This document shows positions 1 through 8,190 of a stretch of DNA of 27,607 nt, piece after piece. The notes beneath the pieces are model-generated. The model had not been told where the DNA came from, did not search any database, and was given only the letters and a program-made list of their open reading frames with translations. Position 1 is the first letter of the stretch, and each line of letters opens with the position of its first letter. Source of the DNA: Campylobacterota bacterium (GTDB lineage: Bacteria > Campylobacterota > Campylobacteria > Campylobacterales > Arcobacteraceae); contig JBNJFB010000031.1 in NCBI GenBank assembly GCA_051746405.1, forward strand, positions 1-27,607. Reading direction: 5' to 3'. The translations under genes were made by a program, and so were the position numbers.

Positions 1-552
1 GATGATATTCAAAACTCTGCACACTATTTATCTGATACAATTGATGATTTTAGAAACTTTTTTAAAACAAATAAAAAAAGAGACTATTTTAACTTAACCC
101 ATACTTTTGATAAAACATTTAAACTAATAAAATCACAATTCACATCAAATAAAATAGATATAATATCTAATATAAAAGATATAGAAGTTTATGCTTTGGA
201 AAATGAACTTTTACAAGTTTTATTAAATATTATAAAGAATGCAAAAGATGAGCTAATAAAACAAAAAGATAAAAAGCTTCTATTTATTGATGTATTAAAG
301 CACGATGATGAAGTTATTATAAAAATAAAAGATAATGCAGGTGGAATTAAAGCAAAGAATATCAGTGAAATCTTTGATGCATACTTTACCACAAAAAAAG
401 AGCAAGATGGTACAGGTATTGGTCTTTATATGAGTAAAGAGATAGTTGAAAAGAGTCTAGATGGTACAATTGCAGCAAATAATGAGATTTATGAATATGA
501 AAAACAGACTTATAAAGGTGCTGTTTTTACTATAACTTTTCCAAAAAAGTAG
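1..552 (+). CDS. Sensor histidine kinase, C-terminal part (5' truncated by the window edge)
   Basis: Frame 1 is open from base 1 (DDIQNSAHYLSDTIDDFRNFFK) to TAG at 550-552. HATPase_c boxes: N (NELLQVLLNIIKNAKD), G1 (IKDNAGGI), F (IFDAYFTTK), G2 (GTGIGLYMS). Confidence 0.93.
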   Translation, partial: DDIQNSAHYLSDTIDDFRNFFKTNKKRDYFNLTHTFDKTFKLIKSQFTSNKIDIISNIKDIEVYALENELLQVLLNIIKNAKDELIKQKDKKLLFIDVLKHDDEVIIKIKDNAGGIKAKNISEIFDAYFTTKKEQDGTGIGLYMSKEIVEKSLDGTIAANNEIYEYEKQTYKGAVFTITFPKK

Positions 553-644
553 CTATACTATTTTGGATATTTATTAAACTTTGAATATTTTTGCGATACT
601 ATAACACAAAATTAAAAAGAAATATAATATTTAGGAAGTAAGTA

Positions 645-1613
645 ATGATTGAAAGAAAAGGTTCACTACTATCTGTAAGAGAAGATATAAAAGTTTTTGA
701 CTGTACTATTAGAGATGGTGGATTAGTAAATAATTACCAGTTTTCAGATGAGTTTGTAAAAGCACACTACAAAGCTTGTGTTGATGCGGGTATTGATTAT
801 ATGGAAATAGGGAAAAATGTTTCACCAACTATTATGAGTGAAGAGGAGTATGGTCCTTGGAACTTTTGTAAAGAAGAGGATATTAGAAGAATTGTAGGTG
901 AAAATGATACTGATTTAAAAATAGCTGTTATGTCAGATGTTGGTAGGTCTTTAACTCAAGAGCTTATACCAAAGGAAGACTCAGTTGTAGATATGGTTAG
1001 AGTAGCAACATATATACATCAACTACCAGGTGCTATTGAGATTATAGAAGATGCCCATGCAAAAGGTTATGAAACCACTGTAAATATTATGGCTATTTCA
1101 AAATCTTTTGATGATGAGCTTGATGAAGTTTTAGAAAGATTAAGTAAAACAAATGTTGATGTTATCTATATAGCTGATAGTTTTGGTTCATTTTATCCTG
1201 AACAAATAGTAAAACTAACTGAGAAATATTTAAAAGTAGCAGAAGCAAGTGGCAAAAAAATAGGAATCCATGCTCACAATAATATACAATTAGCTTATGC
1301 AAACACTATTGAAGCAATGACCTATGGTGCAAGTTTCTTAGATGCAACAGTATCTGGACTTGGAAGAGGTGCGGGAAACTGCTCTGTGGAACTTCTAATG
1401 GGGTTTTTGAAAAATCCAAAATATAAACTAATGCCAATTTTAAAATTTATTGAAGAGTATATAGTACCTTTAGAAAAAGATTTAGATTGGGGTTACTCTA
1501 TTCCTTATATGTTAACAGGTCAATTAAATGAACATCCAAGAGCTGCAATGAAAGCAAGAGATGAGAAAAATACTGAATATAGGGAGTTTTATAGGGAACT
1601 TTTAAAAGAGTAA
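645..1613 (+). CDS. DRE-TIM metallolyase (HMGL-like / 4-hydroxy-2-oxovalerate-aldolase-like) protein
   Basis: DCTIRDGG active-site helix, HAHNN metal-binding motif and GLGRGAGN motif; AGGAAG RBS upstream. Confidence 0.85.
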   Translation: MIERKGSLLSVREDIKVFDCTIRDGGLVNNYQFSDEFVKAHYKACVDAGIDYMEIGKNVSPTIMSEEEYGPWNFCKEEDIRRIVGENDTDLKIAVMSDVGRSLTQELIPKEDSVVDMVRVATYIHQLPGAIEIIEDAHAKGYETTVNIMAISKSFDDELDEVLERLSKTNVDVIYIADSFGSFYPEQIVKLTEKYLKVAEASGKKIGIHAHNNIQLAYANTIEAMTYGASFLDATVSGLGRGAGNCSVELLMGFLKNPKYKLMPILKFIEEYIVPLEKDLDWGYSIPYMLTGQLNEHPRAAMKARDEKNTEYREFYRELLKE

Positions 1614-1618
1614 TTTAA

Positions 1619-1649
1619 AAAGAGTTTGGCTTTTTTAGCTAAACTCTTT
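1619..1649 (+). terminator. Probable intrinsic terminator of the aldolase-like gene
   Basis: AAAGAGTTTGGC-7nt-GCTAAACTCTTT inverted repeat (one G-U pair) 5 nt after the stop codon. Confidence 0.6.
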
Positions 1650-1845
1650 ATAAATTTTAAAATTCTTTACAAATTTTAAAATTTTATAAAGAAAATAAAG
1701 GATTTTTTTGTTAGAATTAGTGTATTGAAAGATGATATGGGTTTTCATCTTAGGCAAAGATTTATTGAACAAACTACAGTAGAACTACTCTAAAGAACGC
1801 TCACATTATAATTTCAACACAATTTAAAAAATAAGGTATTTGCAT

Positions 1846-2064
1846 ATGGCAGATTTAAAAAACGGAACTATTAAATGGTTCAACGACGAAAAAGGGTTTG
1901 GATTTATTCAACCTGAAGATGGAAGCAAAGACGCATTTGTACACTATAGACAAGTAAACAAAACAGGATATGGAAGAGTATCTTTAGAAGAAGGTCAACA
2001 AGTATCTTATGAAATAGAAGAAACTGACAAAGGTTTACAAGCTGTAAACGTTACAGTTTTATAG
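1846..2064 (+). CDS. cspA: Cold-shock domain protein (CspA family), 72 aa
   Basis: KWFN, RNP1 KGFGFI and RNP2 AFVHY. ATG at 1846 after AAGGT is preferred over the track's TTG at 1840. Confidence 0.93.
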   Translation: MADLKNGTIKWFNDEKGFGFIQPEDGSKDAFVHYRQVNKTGYGRVSLEEGQQVSYEIEETDKGLQAVNVTVL

Positions 2065-2072
2065 TCATCACT

Positions 2073-2099
2073 ATAGAAGAGTTTTTTTAACTCTTCTAT
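2073..2099. terminator. Probable bidirectional terminator between the convergent csp and tupC genes
   Basis: Perfect 11-bp arms ATAGAAGAGTT-5nt-AACTCTTCTAT between convergent stop codons. Confidence 0.7.
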
Positions 2100-2131
2100 T
2101 ATTTCAACTAACCACTACACTACTAATTTTT

Positions 2132-3160
2132 TTATATCCAACATACACTATTTGTATCAAAGTTTACATGAATTTTATCACCAGGTAAAAAACCTTGCTT
2201 TTGCATTTGATTTCTAGTAATTTTACAACTAAAACTTATTGTTCCTATACTAAACTCTAAAAGAAGTTCATCCATACTATTTAATTGTAAGATAGAGGTA
2301 ACTTGTGCTATTAGAGTGTTTTCGTCTCTCATATCATCACAATCAACTCTACATATAGTAATATTTTCTGAGTTTATCATTATAACCGAGTCTCTTTTTT
2401 TATTTTGACTATTTTTAATAGTAAGTCTTTGTCCATCACTGAAATATTTAACTAGATTTAAATCATCATCCTTTTGCCAAGGTGAAAAAAGTAGATTTAC
2501 ACTTCCACTTTCTACTATATTTCCTTGAAACAAAGCTACTTTTTTATCACAAATATGATTAAGCCAATTATGGTCATGACTTGAAATAAGTATTGTAGTA
2601 TCCCATTTTTGCTTAGCTGTTAAAATAGCCTCTTTTATTAGTTGTGAAGAGTTTGTATCAACTCCACTTGTTGGCTCATCTAAAATCAAAACCTTTGGTT
2701 TTAAAATAAGTCTAGCAGCTAATGCAACTCTTTGGGATTCTCCACCTGATAGTTGACTCCATTTTCTATATAAAAAAGAGTCATCTAATCCAACTAAACT
2801 TAAAGCTTCAATAACTTTTTGTTCTAAGTTTTGAGTCTCTTTTCTTATTTTTAAACCGTATGCTATATTTTCAAAAACTGTTCTTCTTAGTAAATAGGGG
2901 TTTTGTGGTACTAATACTATATCTTTTCTATCTTCTAAGTTTAACTTCTTAATATCATATCCCTCAAAATTTATTTCTCCACTTGATGGCTTATTTGTAA
3001 AAGATAGAAGAGAAAAAAGCGTAGATTTACCACTTCCATTTGGACCAAAAAAACCTACTATTTTATTAGATTGTAAAGTAAGATTTTTAATATCTAAAAC
3101 TTTTCTTCCATCATAGTATTGAACAATATTATTTAACTCATAAAGATTTGTATTAATCAT
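2132..3160 (-). CDS. tupC: Tungstate ABC transporter ATP-binding subunit
   Basis: Walker A GPNGSGKS, signature LSGGESQR, Walker B LILDEP, H-loop SSHD, and a C-terminal TOBE-like extension. The ATG at 3160 overlaps the tupB stop (ATGA); 3169 is an alternative start. Confidence 0.87.
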   Translation of the reverse strand: MINTNLYELNNIVQYYDGRKVLDIKNLTLQSNKIVGFFGPNGSGKSTLFSLLSFTNKPSSGEINFEGYDIKKLNLEDRKDIVLVPQNPYLLRRTVFENIAYGLKIRKETQNLEQKVIEALSLVGLDDSFLYRKWSQLSGGESQRVALAARLILKPKVLILDEPTSGVDTNSSQLIKEAILTAKQKWDTTILISSHDHNWLNHICDKKVALFQGNIVESGSVNLLFSPWQKDDDLNLVKYFSDGQRLTIKNSQNKKRDSVIMINSENITICRVDCDDMRDENTLIAQVTSILQLNSMDELLLEFSIGTISFSCKITRNQMQKQGFLPGDKIHVNFDTNSVCWI

Positions 3161-3852
3161 TGTGTCCATTTCCTTTTTAATATTGATAAAGAGATATTTA
3201 CTATTAATGCAATAGCAAACAACACTAAACCAAGGGCAATTCCTGTAACAAACTCACCTTTTCCTGTTTCTAGTGCAATTGCAGTTGTTATTGTTCTTGT
3301 ATGATATTGAATATTTCCTCCAACCATCATAGAAATACCAATTTCAGTTACTATTCGTCCATAAGCTGTCACAGCTGCTGTCATTATTCCAAATCTTGCT
3401 TCAACTAGTGTGGCATTTAAAATCTGAAAGGAGCTTGCACCTAAGCCTTTTAAAGATAAATAGAGTCTTTTATCTACTTGCTCAACTTGTGTAGCAGTTA
3501 AAGCTATAATAATAGGAAGACCCAATACAACTTGAGCAATTATAATAGCCTCTTTTGAAAATAGTAAATCATAATGCCCAAATGGTCCAACACGAGATAA
3601 CATTGTATAAGCTACTAATCCTATAACAACTGTTGGCAAAGCTAAAAGTGTATCTACAATAGTTCTAATAACTTGTTTACCAAAAAAATTATAATATCCA
3701 AGAGCAAAACCCAAAGGTAAACCTATTAATAAACTAAAAAACAAAGACCATGATGAAACGGTAATGGTTGTATATATAGCAGAATAAACACTATCATTAC
3801 CTGATACTAAAAGTTTAATTGCTTCATTAAAACCATCACTAAAAAGACTCAT
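3157..3852 (-). CDS. tupB: Tungstate ABC transporter permease
   Basis: Hydrophobic ABC permease with ALPTVVIGL and EIGISMMVGGNI..TRTITTAIALET motifs typical of TupB; lies between tupA and tupC. Confidence 0.9.
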   Translation of the reverse strand: MSLFSDGFNEAIKLLVSGNDSVYSAIYTTITVSSWSLFFSLLIGLPLGFALGYYNFFGKQVIRTIVDTLLALPTVVIGLVAYTMLSRVGPFGHYDLLFSKEAIIIAQVVLGLPIIIALTATQVEQVDKRLYLSLKGLGASSFQILNATLVEARFGIMTAAVTAYGRIVTEIGISMMVGGNIQYHTRTITTAIALETGKGEFVTGIALGLVLFAIALIVNISLSILKRKWTQ

Positions 3853-3873
3853 TTATATACCTATCCTATTTTC

Positions 3874-4689
3874 TTAATTATTTGCATTTGGAATAAATAG
3901 TGCTTTATTTAATAATCTAAAATCAGCTATTGCTTCTTGTATTTTTGGCTTAGTAATCCATTTAGTAAACTCATTTGCACTTTTATGCTTAATATTTACA
4001 CATCTTTGGTTATTAATAGTGATTAATGAGTATTGATTAAACAAAGTTTCATCATCTTGAACCAATACTTTCATACTATTTTTATCTTTTTTCTGAGATT
4101 CATACTTAATCCATGTTCCCCTATCTGCCATAGTATAACCACTCTTTTCAGATGCCATATTTATAGTTATTAACATACCTTGCCCTGTTTGTATATACCA
4201 TGACTCTTTTTTTGGTGCTTTAGTAATAGCTTTTTCCCATAAACTAATCTCTTTTTTATTTGTTCCTGAGTTATCTCCTCTTGAAAAAAACTTTTCTTTA
4301 TTTTTACTAATTTTTTTAAGTGCATCAGTTGTATTTAGTTTTGAAATATTTGCTGGGTCATTTTTAGGACCTATAATAATAAAATCATTATACATAACCT
4401 GTGTTCTATTTACACCATAACCAGTTTCAACAAATCTTTTTTCACTAGCAGGGGCATGAACAAATAGAATATCTACATCACAGTTTCTGCCCATTTTTAA
4501 AGCTTTCCCTGTTCCTGTTGCAACCCATTTTAAAGTTACACCTCTATCTTTTTCAAACTTTGGTGCTAAATAGTTTAATAAACCTGTATTATCTGTACTT
4601 GTTGTTGTTGCCATCATTAAATCTTTTGCATTTATACCACTTGATAAAAATACAGCTAAGCAAACTATTATTAAACTTTTTTTTATCAT
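3874..4689 (-). CDS. tupA: Tungstate ABC transporter periplasmic binding protein
   Basis: Signal peptide; diagnostic TTTS motif (MATTTSTDNTGLL), GTGKAL, VHAP, YNDF and SRGDNSGT. Confidence 0.93.
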   Translation of the reverse strand: MIKKSLIIVCLAVFLSSGINAKDLMMATTTSTDNTGLLNYLAPKFEKDRGVTLKWVATGTGKALKMGRNCDVDILFVHAPASEKRFVETGYGVNRTQVMYNDFIIIGPKNDPANISKLNTTDALKKISKNKEKFFSRGDNSGTNKKEISLWEKAITKAPKKESWYIQTGQGMLITINMASEKSGYTMADRGTWIKYESQKKDKNSMKVLVQDDETLFNQYSLITINNQRCVNIKHKSANEFTKWITKPKIQEAIADFRLLNKALFIPNANN

Positions 4690-4703
4690 CTTATTATCTT
4701 CTT

Positions 4704-5951
4704 TTAATTAAATATATTTACATACTTTTTTAATAATTCACTATTAAACTTAATAATAGAAACTTCTTGGTTTTGTTTTATAGAGTCTGTATTTTTATTT
4801 GTAACTAAAATAGAGTTACTCTCACAAAGTGCTGTAATCATCCCTGAACCATATTTGTTATTTCTTGTTGCTTTAAAACCTCCATTTTCTAAGGTTCCTA
4901 AAACCACATTTACTCTTCCTTGTTTTGTTTTAAACTCTTCAATATTAACAGCTCTATTTATATCATGAAAATATCTATTGCTTCCTTGTATTTTATGTAA
5001 TACTGGAAGTACAAATAGATGCATATTTACTATTGCTGTAAGTGGATTTCCAGGTAAACACATCACGCTAGTATTACCCATTTGTCCCATCATTATTGGA
5101 CGACCTGGCTTTACATTTACCCCATGAAATGCTGTTTTGAGTCCATTTTCAATAAATGCTTGATTTATAAAATCAGCATCCCCCATAGAGATACCACCTG
5201 TTGTAATAATTACATCATAACTTTTCATATTAGAAATAAACTCTTTAGACTCTTTTAAATTATCAGGTATAACTCCACTATATGTAGCATCAAAACCATT
5301 TTCACTAAGAAGTGACACAAGTGCATAAGAGTTACAGTTATAAATCTCTTCATCATCACTATTTTCCCAAGGCTCTTTTAACTCATCACCTGTTGATACA
5401 ACTGCAATTGATATTTTTTTATATACTTCAACCATCGTAATACCTTGAGATGCCAATAAAGTTATATTTGAAGAGTTTAAAACCTCTTTTTTTGTAAATA
5501 GTATATTACCCTGCTTTTGCTCTTCTGCTTTGAATCTTAAGTTTGCACCTTTTTTTAAGTTACTAGGAGTTTTTACAGTTGTATCTGTCACATCAATACA
5601 GTTTTCAATGGGAATAATTGTATCTGCATCATCGGGTACTTTTGCACCTGTCATGATTTTATAACACTCACCCTCTTGTAAAACAGGTTTAGTCTTTTCA
5701 TTTTTATCACCTGCAAAAATTGTCTTTTTTATATTTAGTGTTTTATTAGCATCTTCTATTTTTATAGCAAAACCATCCATAGCTGAATTATTAAAAGCAG
5801 GTAGGTTTTTTATACACTTTATATCTTTTGCAACGACTCTTCCAATAGCATTTTGTAGAGGAATCATCTCTTTTAATATCTGTGGTTTAGCAAGCTCTAG
5901 GCTTTTTTGAACTGCTTGTTCAAACTCTAAATATGTTAATTTATTGTTCAT
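4704..5951 (-). CDS. moeA: Molybdopterin molybdenum/tungsten transferase MoeA
   Basis: SAMDGFA, IMTGA, STGDEL, TTGGISMGDAD, VKPGRP and LPGNP motifs. Confidence 0.95.
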   Translation of the reverse strand: MNNKLTYLEFEQAVQKSLELAKPQILKEMIPLQNAIGRVVAKDIKCIKNLPAFNNSAMDGFAIKIEDANKTLNIKKTIFAGDKNEKTKPVLQEGECYKIMTGAKVPDDADTIIPIENCIDVTDTTVKTPSNLKKGANLRFKAEEQKQGNILFTKKEVLNSSNITLLASQGITMVEVYKKISIAVVSTGDELKEPWENSDDEEIYNCNSYALVSLLSENGFDATYSGVIPDNLKESKEFISNMKSYDVIITTGGISMGDADFINQAFIENGLKTAFHGVNVKPGRPIMMGQMGNTSVMCLPGNPLTAIVNMHLFVLPVLHKIQGSNRYFHDINRAVNIEEFKTKQGRVNVVLGTLENGGFKATRNNKYGSGMITALCESNSILVTNKNTDSIKQNQEVSIIKFNSELLKKYVNIFN

Positions 5952-6930
5952 TTAAAACCTTTATTTGTCTATATTTTTTAGCTATTGTTTCAACAGTTTT
6001 TGTTACTACCTCATCATCAAGCTTTTTATCAAAAGATAGACTTAAAGCATTTCTACTTACATCTTCATCATAACCCATATGTTGAATAATCCTTGATGGC
6101 TTAGATAAACCTAAACTACACCCCTCACCATTTGTTATGTGAATCTGTTCAAAACCTAGAGTTCTTACAAGCTCTCTTGCTTTTATATCTTTTAAAGCAA
6201 AATGCAAAGTAAAGCTAAGTGTATCTTCACTATCTACAAAAAAGTAAATATCATCACCAAATATATCTTTTAACTTTTTTTTAAATTTATCTTGCATGCT
6301 ATTTTCAAAACTTTGATTATTTAAAGCTTCAAATATACTATTTACAGCAACCGTATCTATAAATCCAATACTTCTACTTTCAAATAATCCATCATCAAAA
6401 AGTAATACCCCTGAAGTGAAATATCCAGTTAATTTATATGAATCAAAATATAAAGCATCACTATGACTACTAAAATGTGCACTTGCATTTGATATAATTT
6501 TTGCATGGGTTATCTTTTTAATATCTTCTATATTTGTAGTAACAAAAGTATCCATAACATAAGATGATAAAAATAAAAAATCTACATCTTTTTCTTTAAG
6601 AGTTTTAAACTCTATCTTCCCATCTTTTTTTATTGGTAAATAAACTATCTCAAACCCTAAACTCTCAAAAACTTCACAAGCATCAATTAAACTTTGAGTT
6701 TCACCTAAACTAACAGCAATAGTTCCTTTTTTATTTAAGTGTAGAAGTAGCCCTAAAAAGCCGTCTTGACAAAAAGAAAAAGTAATAAGTTTATCGAAAG
6801 CATATTTTGATTTAAATCTATCTTCTAAGTTTAAATAAGTTTGATTATCACTTAATATACTCAATGAAAGCTCTTTTGAAATATATAAATCATCCATATT
6901 TTTATATTGCAAAAGATTAAGCTTTGTCAT
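5941..6930 (-). CDS. Divergent IscS/NifS-like (class V aminotransferase fold) protein
   Basis: Recognisable segments GFEIVYLPIKKDGKI, DSYKLTG (cf. SxHKxxG), TNGEGCSLG (cf. SxGSACxS) and SRNALSLSF. Overlaps the modE-like and moeA genes. Confidence 0.72.
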   Translation of the reverse strand: MTKLNLLQYKNMDDLYISKELSLSILSDNQTYLNLEDRFKSKYAFDKLITFSFCQDGFLGLLLHLNKKGTIAVSLGETQSLIDACEVFESLGFEIVYLPIKKDGKIEFKTLKEKDVDFLFLSSYVMDTFVTTNIEDIKKITHAKIISNASAHFSSHSDALYFDSYKLTGYFTSGVLLFDDGLFESRSIGFIDTVAVNSIFEALNNQSFENSMQDKFKKKLKDIFGDDIYFFVDSEDTLSFTLHFALKDIKARELVRTLGFEQIHITNGEGCSLGLSKPSRIIQHMGYDEDVSRNALSLSFDKKLDDEVVTKTVETIAKKYRQIKVLNEQ

Positions 6931-7300
6931 CTTCTTTTTCCTTTACTTTTATAACCTCTTGCTCATCTTTTAAAAAAAGCTCATTAAATCTCTGTTTTGT
7001 AAAATTTCTTACATCGTGCTGTAAAATTTCATAAGCTTGTATAATCTCTCTTGCTTTTGGAGTCAAAGAAGTTCCACTATCTTCACCTCTTCCTTTTTGA
7101 GTCAAAACAAGCTCATCTTCTATATACTCTTCAAGTATTTTAATATGACTCCAAGCTTTTTTGTAGTTCATTCCTACTTTTTTAGCTGCATTTGAAATAG
7201 AGCCTGTTTGGTCTATGTGCTTTAAAACTTCAGTCTTACCACCACCAAAAATCAAATTTCCCTTGTCATCATCAATCCAAACTTTTACTTTAACTTCCAT
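6917..7300 (-). CDS. modE: ModE-like winged-helix regulator without molybdate-binding (Mop/TOBE) domains
   Basis: TGSISNAAKKVGMNYKKAW..I and GTSLTPKA, matching the ModE N-terminal HTH; only 127 aa. Confidence 0.85.
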   Translation of the reverse strand: MEVKVKVWIDDDKGNLIFGGGKTEVLKHIDQTGSISNAAKKVGMNYKKAWSHIKILEEYIEDELVLTQKGRGEDSGTSLTPKAREIIQAYEILQHDVRNFTKQRFNELFLKDEQEVIKVKEKEDDKA

Positions 7301-7321
7301 ATAATAATCCCCTTATTTTAT

Positions 7322-8110
7322 TTAAAAATCAATTCTACCCTGATGCGTATAAAGATTCATTTTCTTACCCCTCGCAAATCCAATAAGTGTAATACCATGC
7401 TTATGTGCTGTTTGAACTCCAAGGTGAGTTGGAGCAGTTCTTGAAACCACAATAGGAATTTTATGCATAACTGCTTTTGTAACCATCTCTGAACTTAATC
7501 TTCCTGATACAAAAAGTACTGATTTTGTTGTATCAAAACCTTTTAATTTACACTTCCCCATTACCTTATCAATAGCATTATGTCTTCCAATATCTTCAGC
7601 TGTTAAAGTTGTACCATCAAGCAAATAAATCATCGCCTTATGAACACAACCTGTTAAATTATAAAGTTCGCTCTCTTTATAAAATATTTTAATCTCATCT
7701 AAAATAGTTTGTGGCTTTATTTTGAAAGTTGTTTGATTAAAAGGTATTTCAAGGGTACTAGAGTCTGTACCTGTAACTCCTCCACCACAACCACTTGTTA
7801 AGGTTTTCTCCTTATATAGATGTTGCAAAGACTCCTCATTTATCTTTGCTGTTATATCAACCCTTAATCCACTTTCACTAACTTCAATATTTTCAACATC
7901 ATTAAGTGATGAAATTACATTTTCACTCATCAAAAAACCAATTGCATGTGCATCTTGGTCTTTTGGTATTGTCATCATTGATATAGCTTTTTGCCCATTT
8001 AAATATAAATTTAGTCGTGACTCTTGGATAGTCACATCTTCAATTTGTGTTGCTTTATTTTCTATAAGTCTGTCTATTACTACTGTTTTTAAATATTTGG
8101 CATTGTCCAT
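7322..8110 (-). CDS. fdhD: Formate dehydrogenase accessory sulfurtransferase
   Basis: TSGCGGG Cys loop, TGCVH, EDIGRHNAIDK, SGRLSSEMV and LIGFAR; AAGGAG RBS. Confidence 0.95.
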   Translation of the reverse strand: MDNAKYLKTVVIDRLIENKATQIEDVTIQESRLNLYLNGQKAISMMTIPKDQDAHAIGFLMSENVISSLNDVENIEVSESGLRVDITAKINEESLQHLYKEKTLTSGCGGGVTGTDSSTLEIPFNQTTFKIKPQTILDEIKIFYKESELYNLTGCVHKAMIYLLDGTTLTAEDIGRHNAIDKVMGKCKLKGFDTTKSVLFVSGRLSSEMVTKAVMHKIPIVVSRTAPTHLGVQTAHKHGITLIGFARGKKMNLYTHQGRIDF

Positions 8111-8121
8111 ATCACTCCTTT

Positions 8122-8142
8122 AATATGCAAAATTTGCATATT
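8122..8142. promoter_or_regulatory. Palindromic operator candidate upstream of fdhD
   Basis: AATATGCAAA-A-TTTGCATATT: perfect 10-bp arms with a 1-nt spacer, next to the fdhD RBS. Confidence 0.5.
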
Positions 8143-8153
8143 TAAATATAAAC

Positions 8154-8190
8154 AAAAAAGCACTTAGTCTCCTAAAGGAGAGCTAAATAC
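8154..8190 (-). terminator. Intrinsic terminator after fdhC
   Basis: The mRNA sense reads GUAUUUAG-C-UCUCC-UUUA-GGAGA-CUAAGUGC followed by UUUUUU, directly after the fdhC stop. Confidence 0.75.

Noticed and set aside
189..392. Antisense short ORFs in the track (189-392, 4518-4733, 10291-10473, 12550-12744, 18217-18516, 20464-20718, 20643-20852, 21325-21531, 22159-22362, 26063-26323, 26925-27146)
   Set aside because: All overlap well-supported genes on the opposite strand and show no recognisable motifs; they are shadow ORFs.
1646..1691. 19-bp tandem repeat CTTTAYAAATTTTAAAATT (two copies) that also forms an imperfect inverted repeat
   Set aside because: Only two copies of nearly pure A/T sequence and no spacers; not CRISPR and not distinguishable from background, though an operator role is not excluded.
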